DNA of 64,000 nt, from positions 320,001-384,000 of the forward strand of contig CBDUPA010000003.1 in the NCBI GenBank assembly GCA_965368975.1, in the 5' to 3' direction. Positions 37,315-45,508 of this stretch are shown here, piece after piece. The position numbers and the translations under genes are program-made. The notes below the pieces were generated by a model. The model saw only the letters and a list, made by a program, of their open reading frames with translations, did not search any database and was not told the origin of the DNA. The stretch's first letter is position 1. The number at the start of each line of letters is the position of its first letter. The DNA comes from an uncultured bacterium. GTDB taxonomy: Bacteria; Acidobacteriota; Thermoanaerobaculia; Multivoradales; JAHZIX01.

Positions 37315-38909
37315 GGGTGGGCCTCCCCGCAGCCTTCGGCGCCGTGTCCGTCCTGGAGGACTTCCAGGTACGCCGGTTCCGGTGGCGGTTGAGCGGTCAA
37401 GGTGGGCGATTCGTCGGTCGTGGCTGGTACGGCGTCTGCGTCTTCGACGGTATCCGGTGTGCCGTGCAGAGCGCGGACTTTGGCGAGCAAGGCCTGGCGC
37501 TCAGCGTGCCATTGCTTGCGCGCTTCCAGGTCGCGCTGGCGGTCAAAGTAGGGCCGGCCGTCGATCCAGGTTTGCTCGCAGCGGCTGAGGGTGGATAGTG
37601 GATGGCCGGTCCACAGCACGAAGTCGGCGTCCTTGCCCGCTTCCAGGGAGCCCACACGGTCGTCGACTCCCAGCTGGATCGCTGGGTTGAGCGTCACCAG
37701 CTTGAGCGCGTCTTCCTCGCTCATGCCACCGTAGCGCACAGCCTTGGCGGCTTCGGCATTGAGGCGGCGGCCGAGTTCGGCGCTGTCGGAGTTGAAAGTC
37801 ACCAGGACGCCGCGCTCGTGCATGATGGCGGCGTTGTAGGGAATGGCGTCGATGACCTCATACTTGAAGGCCCACCAGTCGCTGAAGGTAGAAGCGCCGG
37901 CACCGTGGGCGGCGATCTCGTCGGCGACCTTGTAGCCCTCGAGGACGTGCTGCAGCACGCGCACCTGGAAGCCGAAGTCTTCCGCGGTGCGCAGCAGCAT
38001 CAGGATCTCGTCGGCACGATAGGAGTGGGCGTGCACCCAGCGCTGGCCGTCGAGGACTTCGAGCAGGGCGTCGAGCTGCAGGTCGCGGCGCGGCGGCACC
38101 AGGTCCCGCTCGCCGGCCGCCGTACGTTCGTCGTAGCTCTGCCAGGCTTGACGGTAGTCGAGTGCAGCCTGCAGCGCGTCGCGGATCGATTGCGCGACGC
38201 CCATGCGGGAGCGCGGGAAGCGCGTCGACGTGTCGCTGCTGGCGCGCTTCGGATTTTCGCCCAGCGCGAACTTGATGGTCGGCGGGGCATCCACGAAGCG
38301 CAATGCGTCGACGCCGGCTCCCCAGCGGAGCTTGATCACCGCGTTCTGGCCGCCGATCGAATTCGCCGAGCCGTGCATGATGTGCGCCGCCGTGGTCCCC
38401 CCCGCGAGCTGACGGTAGATCGCGATGTCGTAGGGATCGAGCACGTCCTCGACCCGCACCTGCGCGGTGACGATGGTGGTCGACTCGTTGGTCGAGCTGT
38501 CCATCGCGATGTGCGAGTGTGGATCGATGATGCCTGGCGTCACGTGGAGGCCGGTGCCGTCGATCTCGAGGGCGTCGGCGGGTGCCTCGAGGCCGTTGCC
38601 GACGGCTGCGATCTTGCCGTCGCGCACCAGTAGATCGGCATCTTGGAGCACGCCGTCTGGGCCGTTGGTCCAGATGGTGGCCCCACGTACCAGCACGGCG
38701 GCGGGAGCCTCGGGGACGGGCGAGCGCCAGGCGTCGAGGTCAGGGCGGTGTTGCGACGCGTGTGCCGCCGTCGGCAGCAGCGCGGACCCCAGGGTCAGGG
38801 TGCCGGTCATCAGGGTGCCGGTCATCAGGGTGCCGGTCATCAGCGTCCAGGTCATCAGCGTCCAGGTCAGGCGCATGGACGAGCGGGCAAGGTGACGATC
38901 GAGGCTCAT
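37311..38909 (-). CDS. Amidohydrolase-family protein with intact metal ligands
   Basis: TPGIIDPHSH, GGTTAAHIMHGSAN, KFALGENPK, HAHSY, QHVLEGY, NSDS and GSLEAGKDAD. Confidence 0.9.
   Translation of the reverse strand: MSLDRHLARSSMRLTWTLMTWTLMTGTLMTGTLMTGTLTLGSALLPTAAHASQHRPDLDAWRSPVPEAPAAVLVRGATIWTNGPDGVLQDADLLVRDGKIAAVGNGLEAPADALEIDGTGLHVTPGIIDPHSHIAMDSSTNESTTIVTAQVRVEDVLDPYDIAIYRQLAGGTTAAHIMHGSANSIGGQNAVIKLRWGAGVDALRFVDAPPTIKFALGENPKRASSDTSTRFPRSRMGVAQSIRDALQAALDYRQAWQSYDERTAAGERDLVPPRRDLQLDALLEVLDGQRWVHAHSYRADEILMLLRTAEDFGFQVRVLQHVLEGYKVADEIAAHGAGASTFSDWWAFKYEVIDAIPYNAAIMHERGVLVTFNSDSAELGRRLNAEAAKAVRYGGMSEEDALKLVTLNPAIQLGVDDRVGSLEAGKDADFVLWTGHPLSTLSRCEQTWIDGRPYFDRQRDLEARKQWHAERQALLAKVRALHGTPDTVEDADAVPATTDESPTLTAQPPPEPAYLEVLQDGHGAEGCGEAHP
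38796..38870 (-). repeat. 15-bp in-frame tandem repeat x5 in the signal region, encoding (L/M)T(W/G)TL
   Basis: Plus strand CAGGGTGCCGGTCAT x3 followed by CAGCGTCCAGGTCA(T/G) x2. Confidence 0.9.
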
Positions 38910-40597
38910 CGGATGTCCTCCTGTGCGCTGTGACGAGAACCGCTCGGTGGGCTCGCGGTGCGGCTACCAGTGATGGTGAAGGGCCCCATCGGACTCTCAC
39001 CGCCGCCGCTCAGGCGGTCACCGCCGAGGGACAGACTCATGGTGATGGTGCCAGGCAGGCCGATCGGGGTGGCGTCATAGGCGATGTCGAGTGTGGAACC
39101 GGAAACGGTGGCCGAGCTGAGGGGCAGCGAGTCGCCGCCCTGCATGCCGATGCTGCCAGTGTGTGCGCCCGCCTCGCCGCTGATCACTAGCTCCATCTGG
39201 AATTGCATGCCACCGCCCGCGGTCAGGTCCAGCTCCCACGTACCGTTGGGATTCACCTTCGGTGGTTCGTTGGTCTTGATCTCGTAGCGCCGGCCGTCGA
39301 CCCAGGTCTCCAGGATGTTCGGTTTGTCGACGAAGAGATCGCCGTCGACCACTACCAGGTGTGCCAGCTTGCCGGCTTCGAGAGTGCCGAGCCGGTCCTC
39401 GACACCCAGCCAGGTGGCCGGAGTGGTGGTCAGGGCAGCCAGTGCCTGCTCGCGGGTCAGACCGCGCTCGATCGCCCGAGCCAGGTTCTCGAACAGTTGT
39501 ACCGGCCGCCCGCCGTGGCTGGTGAAGACGACGGTGAGGCCGGCATCGAGCAGCAATTGCGGGTTGTTCGGCGCCGCGTCCCAGTGGCGCAGCTGCGTCA
39601 GGTCGACGCTGTAGGCCGGGTCGTCTTCATCGCCGACCGCCGGCGGCTGCGGAAAGTCGAGTGGCAGCACGAGCGGCAGGCCGGCGGCGGTGAGCGTGTC
39701 GAGAATCTGGTACTCGCGGCCGTGGCCGACCAGGGCCGCGTCGAGCTCGAACTCGGCCGCCAAGCGTAGGACGCGCTGGCTGTCCAGCGGATCCCGCGTG
39801 TGAAAGACGAGCTGCTGGCTGCCATCGAGCACGGCAGCCAGCGCCTCCAGGCTTCGATCGACCGGCGGACGCGCCTGCGCCGGATTGCGCTCGTAGGCTT
39901 GCCAGGCGCGGCGGTACCAGCCGGCGTCGAGCAGGCTCTGGCGGAACACCGCCACGGCGCCCATCGTCGAGCTGGGATAGTCCTCGGGGTCATTGCCGCC
40001 GCTGGGAGCCCGCAGCGCTGCGTACTGGGCGCCGGAGCGCACGAGCAGATCCCGTGCTGGCTCGCCGTCACCCACCGCCAGCAGCGCGCTGGTACCGCGG
40101 AAGACCCCCTCCTCGAGGACCACCAGGGCACTGGTGAAGCCGGCACCGCGCAAACTGCTACGGGTACCATCGTCGAGACCCAGCCAAGCCGCCTCGCGGG
40201 TCGCGTGCAGGCCTTGAGGCTCGACCACGCGCATCATTTCGGATGATCCCCCGCCGGGAGGCTCCGCCGCCTCTTCCTCCGGCCACGACTGCGGCACGTA
40301 GAGGTCGATCAGGCCAGCATAGACGGTGTGTCCTTCATGATCCCAGACGCGCGCGTCAGCCGGTGGCTCGACGTCGGCGCCGGCTGCCACGATGACACCG
40401 TCGCGTACGACCACGGTGCCGCTGTCGATGACCTGCCCCGGAGCGACCACGATGCGCACCTGTGTCAAGGCATGAACTGCCGGGGGGCCGGCCGCGGCCA
40501 AGGGAAGGGCCGGGGCGGTGATCACGGTGGCCGCCACTATCAAGGTCCGGGCTAGAGCAGCCCGAGCCAGCCTATGCAAGAGGGCTCGTCGTCGCAT
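38906..40597 (-). CDS. Secreted amidohydrolase-family protein (degenerate metal site) with C-terminal beta domain
   Basis: Arg-rich signal MRRRALL; VYAGLIDLY with no HxH; YPSSTMGA; GTLEAGKLAHLVV; extra Gly-rich C-terminal domain starting NGTWEL. Confidence 0.85.
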   Translation of the reverse strand: MRRRALLHRLARAALARTLIVAATVITAPALPLAAAGPPAVHALTQVRIVVAPGQVIDSGTVVVRDGVIVAAGADVEPPADARVWDHEGHTVYAGLIDLYVPQSWPEEEAAEPPGGGSSEMMRVVEPQGLHATREAAWLGLDDGTRSSLRGAGFTSALVVLEEGVFRGTSALLAVGDGEPARDLLVRSGAQYAALRAPSGGNDPEDYPSSTMGAVAVFRQSLLDAGWYRRAWQAYERNPAQARPPVDRSLEALAAVLDGSQQLVFHTRDPLDSQRVLRLAAEFELDAALVGHGREYQILDTLTAAGLPLVLPLDFPQPPAVGDEDDPAYSVDLTQLRHWDAAPNNPQLLLDAGLTVVFTSHGGRPVQLFENLARAIERGLTREQALAALTTTPATWLGVEDRLGTLEAGKLAHLVVVDGDLFVDKPNILETWVDGRRYEIKTNEPPKVNPNGTWELDLTAGGGMQFQMELVISGEAGAHTGSIGMQGGDSLPLSSATVSGSTLDIAYDATPIGLPGTITMSLSLGGDRLSGGGESPMGPFTITGSRTASPPSGSRHSAQEDIR

Positions 40598-40719
40598 GTT
40601 TGCCTTCCGTCAGGTGGGGGTCGAGAAGTGGGTAAGGGGTGACATTCGCCGCCGCAGTATGTCAGATTCCACAACGGTCCTAGAATTCCCGTTACGAGAC
40701 GATTGCGAAGGAGACCTTC

Positions 40720-41526
40720 ATGTCTTGGCAACTGTTCCAAGTAGACGCGTTCAGTGAACAGCCGTTCGGTGGCAACCCGGCAGCGGTCTGCCTACTGCCT
40801 TCGCCGCGGCCGGAAGCCTGGATGCAGGCAGTCGCCGCCGAGATGAACCTGAGCGAGACCGCCTTCCTGCAAGCGCGTCGAGACGGCTTCGATCTGCGCT
40901 GGTTCACGCCGACGGTCGAGGTCGACCTGTGCGGGCACGCGACACTGGCGAGTGCCCACGTGCTGTGGCTCGAGGGCTTGGCGAGCGAGCAGGAGACGAT
41001 CGACTTCCACACCAAGAGCGGCGTCCTGAGCGCGCGTCGAGACGGCGATTGGATCGTCTTGGACTTTCCCGCCTTGTCCGGCCGCGACGTGCCGCCGCCG
41101 GACGGCTTGCTCGACGCCCTCGGCGTCGCGACCCACGAAGTCGAGCACGTGCAGAACAGTCGCTTCGACCACCTGGTGCACGTGCGCACGGCGGCGATAG
41201 TCGCACGCCTGCAGCCGGACTTCGCACGCCTGGGCCGCGTCGAGACACGGGGCGTGATCGTTACCGCGGCTGCAGACGGTGGCAGCGACGGCGTCGATTT
41301 CGTGTCGCGTTTCTTCGCTCCCGCCGCCGGCGTCGACGAGGACCCGGTGACTGGTTCTGCGCATTGTGTTCTGGGGCCCTACTGGGTACCGAGGCTGGGC
41401 AAGGAGACCTTGCTGGCGCGTCAGATCTCGCGCCGCTCTGGCGACGTGCGGGTCACGTTGGCGGGGGAGCGGGTGCTGCTGGGCGGTAAGGCGGTGCTGA
41501 CGATGCGCGGGGAGCTGCTAGGCTGA
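40720..41526 (+). CDS. PhzF family isomerase/epimerase
   Basis: QVDAF, GGNPAAV, EMNLSETAF, LRWFTPTVEVDLCGHATLA, EDPVTGSAHC; RBS AAGGAG. Confidence 0.93.
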   Translation: MSWQLFQVDAFSEQPFGGNPAAVCLLPSPRPEAWMQAVAAEMNLSETAFLQARRDGFDLRWFTPTVEVDLCGHATLASAHVLWLEGLASEQETIDFHTKSGVLSARRDGDWIVLDFPALSGRDVPPPDGLLDALGVATHEVEHVQNSRFDHLVHVRTAAIVARLQPDFARLGRVETRGVIVTAAADGGSDGVDFVSRFFAPAAGVDEDPVTGSAHCVLGPYWVPRLGKETLLARQISRRSGDVRVTLAGERVLLGGKAVLTMRGELLG

Positions 41527-41676
41527 AGTTTCTGCCATGGATACCTTGGCTGGTTTCCTTGATGGGGTTCCGAGTGCTGCTTGCCGAGTTCGAGCCAGCA
41601 ACCAACGTTTGAAGGGCAACAGGAGGCGATGCGAATGTGCGAGCGAGAGGGACAGAGTAGGACGGAGCGCGACCGG

Positions 41677-43881
41677 ATGTCAGCATCCGTGGTCGCGAGA
41701 ATGTGCGGACTTCTGGCTTGCGTACTGCTGGCACAGGCTTGCGGCAAGAGTGCACCGCCGACGGATGCGCGCCTGGAGCGCATCGCCGAGCTGGAAGATG
41801 CGCGCGACGACAGCGGATTGTTGGTGCGCTACTTGATCGAGGGAAACGAGGTCGTGCGGGCCCGTGCCGCGCGTGCTCTCGGCCGCCTGCAAGATCCTTT
41901 CGCGGTGCCGGCGCTGGCTCGCGTGGCGAAGGAAGATGTCGATCGGGCCGTGCGCCAGGAAGCCGTATTTGCGCTCGGGCAGTACGGCCTGGCAGAGCAG
42001 CTTGACTGGCGCGGCGACAAGTCACCGATCGAAGCGACTGCCGCCACCACGGTTGCGGCCTTGCTCGGCGATCCCGACATCCAGGTCGCGGCGCTCGCGA
42101 CCGAGGCCTTGGGCAAGTTGGCGCCAGCGCCGAGCGTTGTCGACGCGGAGGCACGGCTGCTGGAGCAGCTGAACTCTGAGCACGCGTCGGTCCGCGTCGA
42201 GGCCGCTCACGGACTCTTCCGGCTGCGTTTCGCTCCCCTGTGGCGGGGCCAGGCCGAGCAGCCGCCGGCGTTGAGTGACTCGGCTGTCGAGGCCCTCGGA
42301 GGTGCGCTGGTGGACGCCGATCCCGGTGTGCGCGAAGCGGCCGCGCATGCCTTGAGCCGCTGGGGAGAGCCGCGCGCGATCGACGCCCTGGTGGCCTACC
42401 TGGAATCCACCGCGGCTGGTGGGGGAGTCGCAGCCGAGGAGTGGACGCCGGTCTTCGCACTGCGGGCGCTCGGCCGCAGTGGAGAATCCGCCGCGACGGC
42501 CCCAACACTGGACGCCATCGCGAGTCGGCTCGACGATGCCGATCTGCACGTACGCCTGGAGGCCGTGACCTCGCTGGCAGCCCTAGCCGCGGCTGAGCGG
42601 CTGCCGGTGCAGCTGGTCGAGGATGCCAGCTGGTTGGTGCGCGCGGCTGCCGCGTCCGCCTGGGCTCGCGGTACGAAACCCGGAGAGTTGGACGCTCTAC
42701 GGCGTCTCGAAGCGGATGCCTCGCCGGGTGTCCGTGCGGCGGTGATCGAAGCCCTGGCCCAGCGGCTGGGGAAGGACGCGGTCGAGGAACTCGATGGTTA
42801 TCAGAGCGATGAGGACTACCGTCTGCGCGCCGCTGCCGTCCGGGCGGCCAGGTTCTTGCCAGCGGAGGAAGCCGCGGCGCGTCTGCGTCGTGCTCTCCGA
42901 GATCCGGACGTACGCGTCGCCGTAGCAGCCATCGAGCCGCTGGCGGGCTTGGCTACGCAGGTGCCCGACGCGGAGCCGCGGGCCTGGTTCGGTGAGGTGC
43001 TGGCGACCGAGGATCTGTCGGTGCGCGGCACCGCGCTGACCGTCCTACCGCAGCTACTCGCACAGCCCGGCATCGAGTTGCCCGACTTGCCGGCACACCT
43101 GACCGCTGCCTATGACGCGTCCGCCGGCCTCGACTGGATCGAAGTGCGGGAACAGCTGATGACGGCTGCCGGCGAACTGCCGCCAGAAGATGCGGCGATC
43201 CTGCCGCTGCTGCGCCGCGGTCTCGAGGATCCGGCGCCGTCGGTGGTGGCGCTGGCGCGCGAGGCGTTGCAGGCGCGCGGCGAGACCGTCGAGATTGCCG
43301 AGGAGGAAGGCACTGGCACGGCGACTGGCACGGCGACCGAAACGGTGCCGGCGGAGGACACGCGCTCAGCCTTGCTCGACGTCGACTTCGAGACTGCGCC
43401 GATCGTCGTGCTGGAGACCGACAAGGGGACGCTCCGCGTCCAGACCCTGCCGGCCGACGCGCCCGTGCACGTCGCCAACTTCGTCCAGCTGGTCGAGCAG
43501 GGCTTCTACGATGGTCTTCTCTGGCACCGCGTCGCGCCCAATTTTGTCATTCAAGGCGGCGACCCGCGCGGTGACGGCTGGGGCGGTCCTGGCTACAACC
43601 TACGCGACGAGATCCATCCCGTTCAGCGCTACCGTCGTGGCACCCTGGGCATGCCCAAGGCCGGCAAGGACACCGGCGGTGGCCAGTTGTTCTTCACCCA
43701 CATCCCGACACCGCACCTGGACGGCAATTACACCGTCTTCGGGCAGGTTGTCGAGGGCCTGGAGGTGATCGACGCGATCGAGATCGGTGACCGGATCGTG
43801 CGCGCGACCGTCGAAAGCCCATCCGTCGAAGATCCAGCCACCGAAGATCCAGCCGTCGAAGATCCAGCCGTCGAGCGCTAG
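41677..43881 (+). CDS. Lipoprotein with HEAT repeats fused to a cyclophilin-type peptidyl-prolyl isomerase
   Basis: Lipobox-like LAQACG; many HEAT-PBS repeats (VRxxAAxALG); cyclophilin motifs FYDGLLWHRVAPNFVIQGGDP, GGQLFF and HLDGNYTVFG. Start uncertain (41581, 41677 or 41701). Confidence 0.88.
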   Translation: MSASVVARMCGLLACVLLAQACGKSAPPTDARLERIAELEDARDDSGLLVRYLIEGNEVVRARAARALGRLQDPFAVPALARVAKEDVDRAVRQEAVFALGQYGLAEQLDWRGDKSPIEATAATTVAALLGDPDIQVAALATEALGKLAPAPSVVDAEARLLEQLNSEHASVRVEAAHGLFRLRFAPLWRGQAEQPPALSDSAVEALGGALVDADPGVREAAAHALSRWGEPRAIDALVAYLESTAAGGGVAAEEWTPVFALRALGRSGESAATAPTLDAIASRLDDADLHVRLEAVTSLAALAAAERLPVQLVEDASWLVRAAAASAWARGTKPGELDALRRLEADASPGVRAAVIEALAQRLGKDAVEELDGYQSDEDYRLRAAAVRAARFLPAEEAAARLRRALRDPDVRVAVAAIEPLAGLATQVPDAEPRAWFGEVLATEDLSVRGTALTVLPQLLAQPGIELPDLPAHLTAAYDASAGLDWIEVREQLMTAAGELPPEDAAILPLLRRGLEDPAPSVVALAREALQARGETVEIAEEEGTGTATGTATETVPAEDTRSALLDVDFETAPIVVLETDKGTLRVQTLPADAPVHVANFVQLVEQGFYDGLLWHRVAPNFVIQGGDPRGDGWGGPGYNLRDEIHPVQRYRRGTLGMPKAGKDTGGGQLFFTHIPTPHLDGNYTVFGQVVEGLEVIDAIEIGDRIVRATVESPSVEDPATEDPAVEDPAVER

Positions 43882-45434
43882 TCCGTGTACCCCAGCGCTC
43901 GCAACGCCTTCTGCGCCTCCTCCGAATCCGCGTCGCTGCCCGCTTCGACATTGTCGCGCAGCCAGCCGAAGAGTTCACGGCGCAGGCGCCTCACCTGCTC
44001 CGTGTGGTCCGCCGTCTCGTCCTCGGCCAGCAGGTTGCGCGTCTCGCCGGGATCGCTGGGCAAGTGGTAGAGCTCGTAGGCCTCGGGCACCAGGCGCTGG
44101 CGGCGTTGAGTCTCAGGTAGGTAGATCAGCTTCCAGGCCTCGTCCTGCACGCTGCGATAGTGCGCGGGCTTGCGGCCGGCTTCGGCGAAGGCGTACCGCG
44201 ACAGCGCTTCCGTCCGGGTGGGTTCGAGATCCGGCAGCAGCCAGGGCAGCAGGCTCTCGCCCTCCAGACCGTCGACTTCGACCCGTGGCAGCGCCAGGTC
44301 GAGCAGCGTCGGGTAGAGGTCGACCAAGTCGACCGCGCGCTCGACGCGTCGCTGTTCAGCCAGTGAGCCGACGGCCGGCGCACCGTCCTGAGCGCTGCCA
44401 TAGCGGACGAAGAAGAGCGGTACGTGCGAGGCGGCGTTGTAGGGCGTTGGGCCATGCTCGAAATAGGAGCCGTGGTCGCCCAGGCTCTCACCGTGGTCGG
44501 CGGTGAAGATCACCAGTGCATCGTCGAGCAGGCCCAAGGAGCGCGCGCGCTCCAGCACCGCCTGGATGTGCAGGTCGGTGACCAAGATGTTGGCGTCGTA
44601 CTGCGCGACGTAAAAGCGCAGCTCGTCGTGGTCACCGATGCGTCGGCCGCGGGTGTTGCGCAGGTCGACGCGCTCGTCCCCCTGGTAGTAAGAGTCGTCG
44701 AGGAAGGGATTGTCGAAACCGTCGGGCAGGATGTACGGCACATGTGGATCCGAGTAGTGCAACCAGACGAAGGTACGGTCGACGTCCTGCAGACGCTCGA
44801 GCAGCGGCAGCGCACGCTCGTTGACCTCACCGGCCCACAGTTGTTCCCGGAAAATGGTCGGCTGATCGGAGTGGCCGTCGCCCCACGTCTGCAGGTACTC
44901 GTCGAAGCCCGCGTCCCAGCCCAGATCTTTGGACAGGACGGCGTTCGAGATTACCGCGGCCGTGCGATAGCCGGCGTCGTGAAACACCTCGGGCAGTGTG
45001 TGGTAGGCCTCGGGCACCTCCACCGCCGCCGCGTGCGTCATGCCGGTAGTCTGCGGGTAGCGCCCAGTGAAAATCGAGGCGAAGGAGGCGCCGGTCTTCG
45101 GCCATTGAGCGATCGCCTTGTCGAAGGTGACGCCGCTGGTCGCTAGTTCCCGCAGGTACGGCGAGGTGTCCCGCGGATAGCCGTAGAGGCTCATGTGGTC
45201 GGCGCGCAGTGTGTCGACGGTGATCAGGAAGACACGTTGGGGTGGTTGATAGTCGCCGGGCAGCAGGGAGTGCGCGCGCGTCGTCGAGGAACCGGCGGAG
45301 GTCTCCGCGGGTGGTGTCGAAGGGGCGCGGTCGCAGGCGATCTGAGTTCCCCACAACAGCAGGGTAGTCAGCAGGCCGAGACAGGCATGAGCGGAGCGAG
45401 CAGAGGAGACGGAAGCAGGCGAGGTCGTACACAT
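43878..45434 (-). CDS. Sulfatase-like (alkaline phosphatase superfamily) lipoprotein
   Basis: LITVDTLRADH, TGASFASIFTGRYP, WLHYSDPHVPY, FTADHGE, HVPL and LVDLYPTLL; lipobox-like QIAC. Confidence 0.87.
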   Translation of the reverse strand: MCTTSPASVSSARSAHACLGLLTTLLLWGTQIACDRAPSTPPAETSAGSSTTRAHSLLPGDYQPPQRVFLITVDTLRADHMSLYGYPRDTSPYLRELATSGVTFDKAIAQWPKTGASFASIFTGRYPQTTGMTHAAAVEVPEAYHTLPEVFHDAGYRTAAVISNAVLSKDLGWDAGFDEYLQTWGDGHSDQPTIFREQLWAGEVNERALPLLERLQDVDRTFVWLHYSDPHVPYILPDGFDNPFLDDSYYQGDERVDLRNTRGRRIGDHDELRFYVAQYDANILVTDLHIQAVLERARSLGLLDDALVIFTADHGESLGDHGSYFEHGPTPYNAASHVPLFFVRYGSAQDGAPAVGSLAEQRRVERAVDLVDLYPTLLDLALPRVEVDGLEGESLLPWLLPDLEPTRTEALSRYAFAEAGRKPAHYRSVQDEAWKLIYLPETQRRQRLVPEAYELYHLPSDPGETRNLLAEDETADHTEQVRRLRRELFGWLRDNVEAGSDADSEEAQKALRALGYTD

Positions 45435-45508
45435 AGGTCACACAGGATATCAGGAGTTCGGCGCTGCCAGGTTCTCCCCTTGGCCGGTCTACGCTAGACT
45501 TGCCCTCC

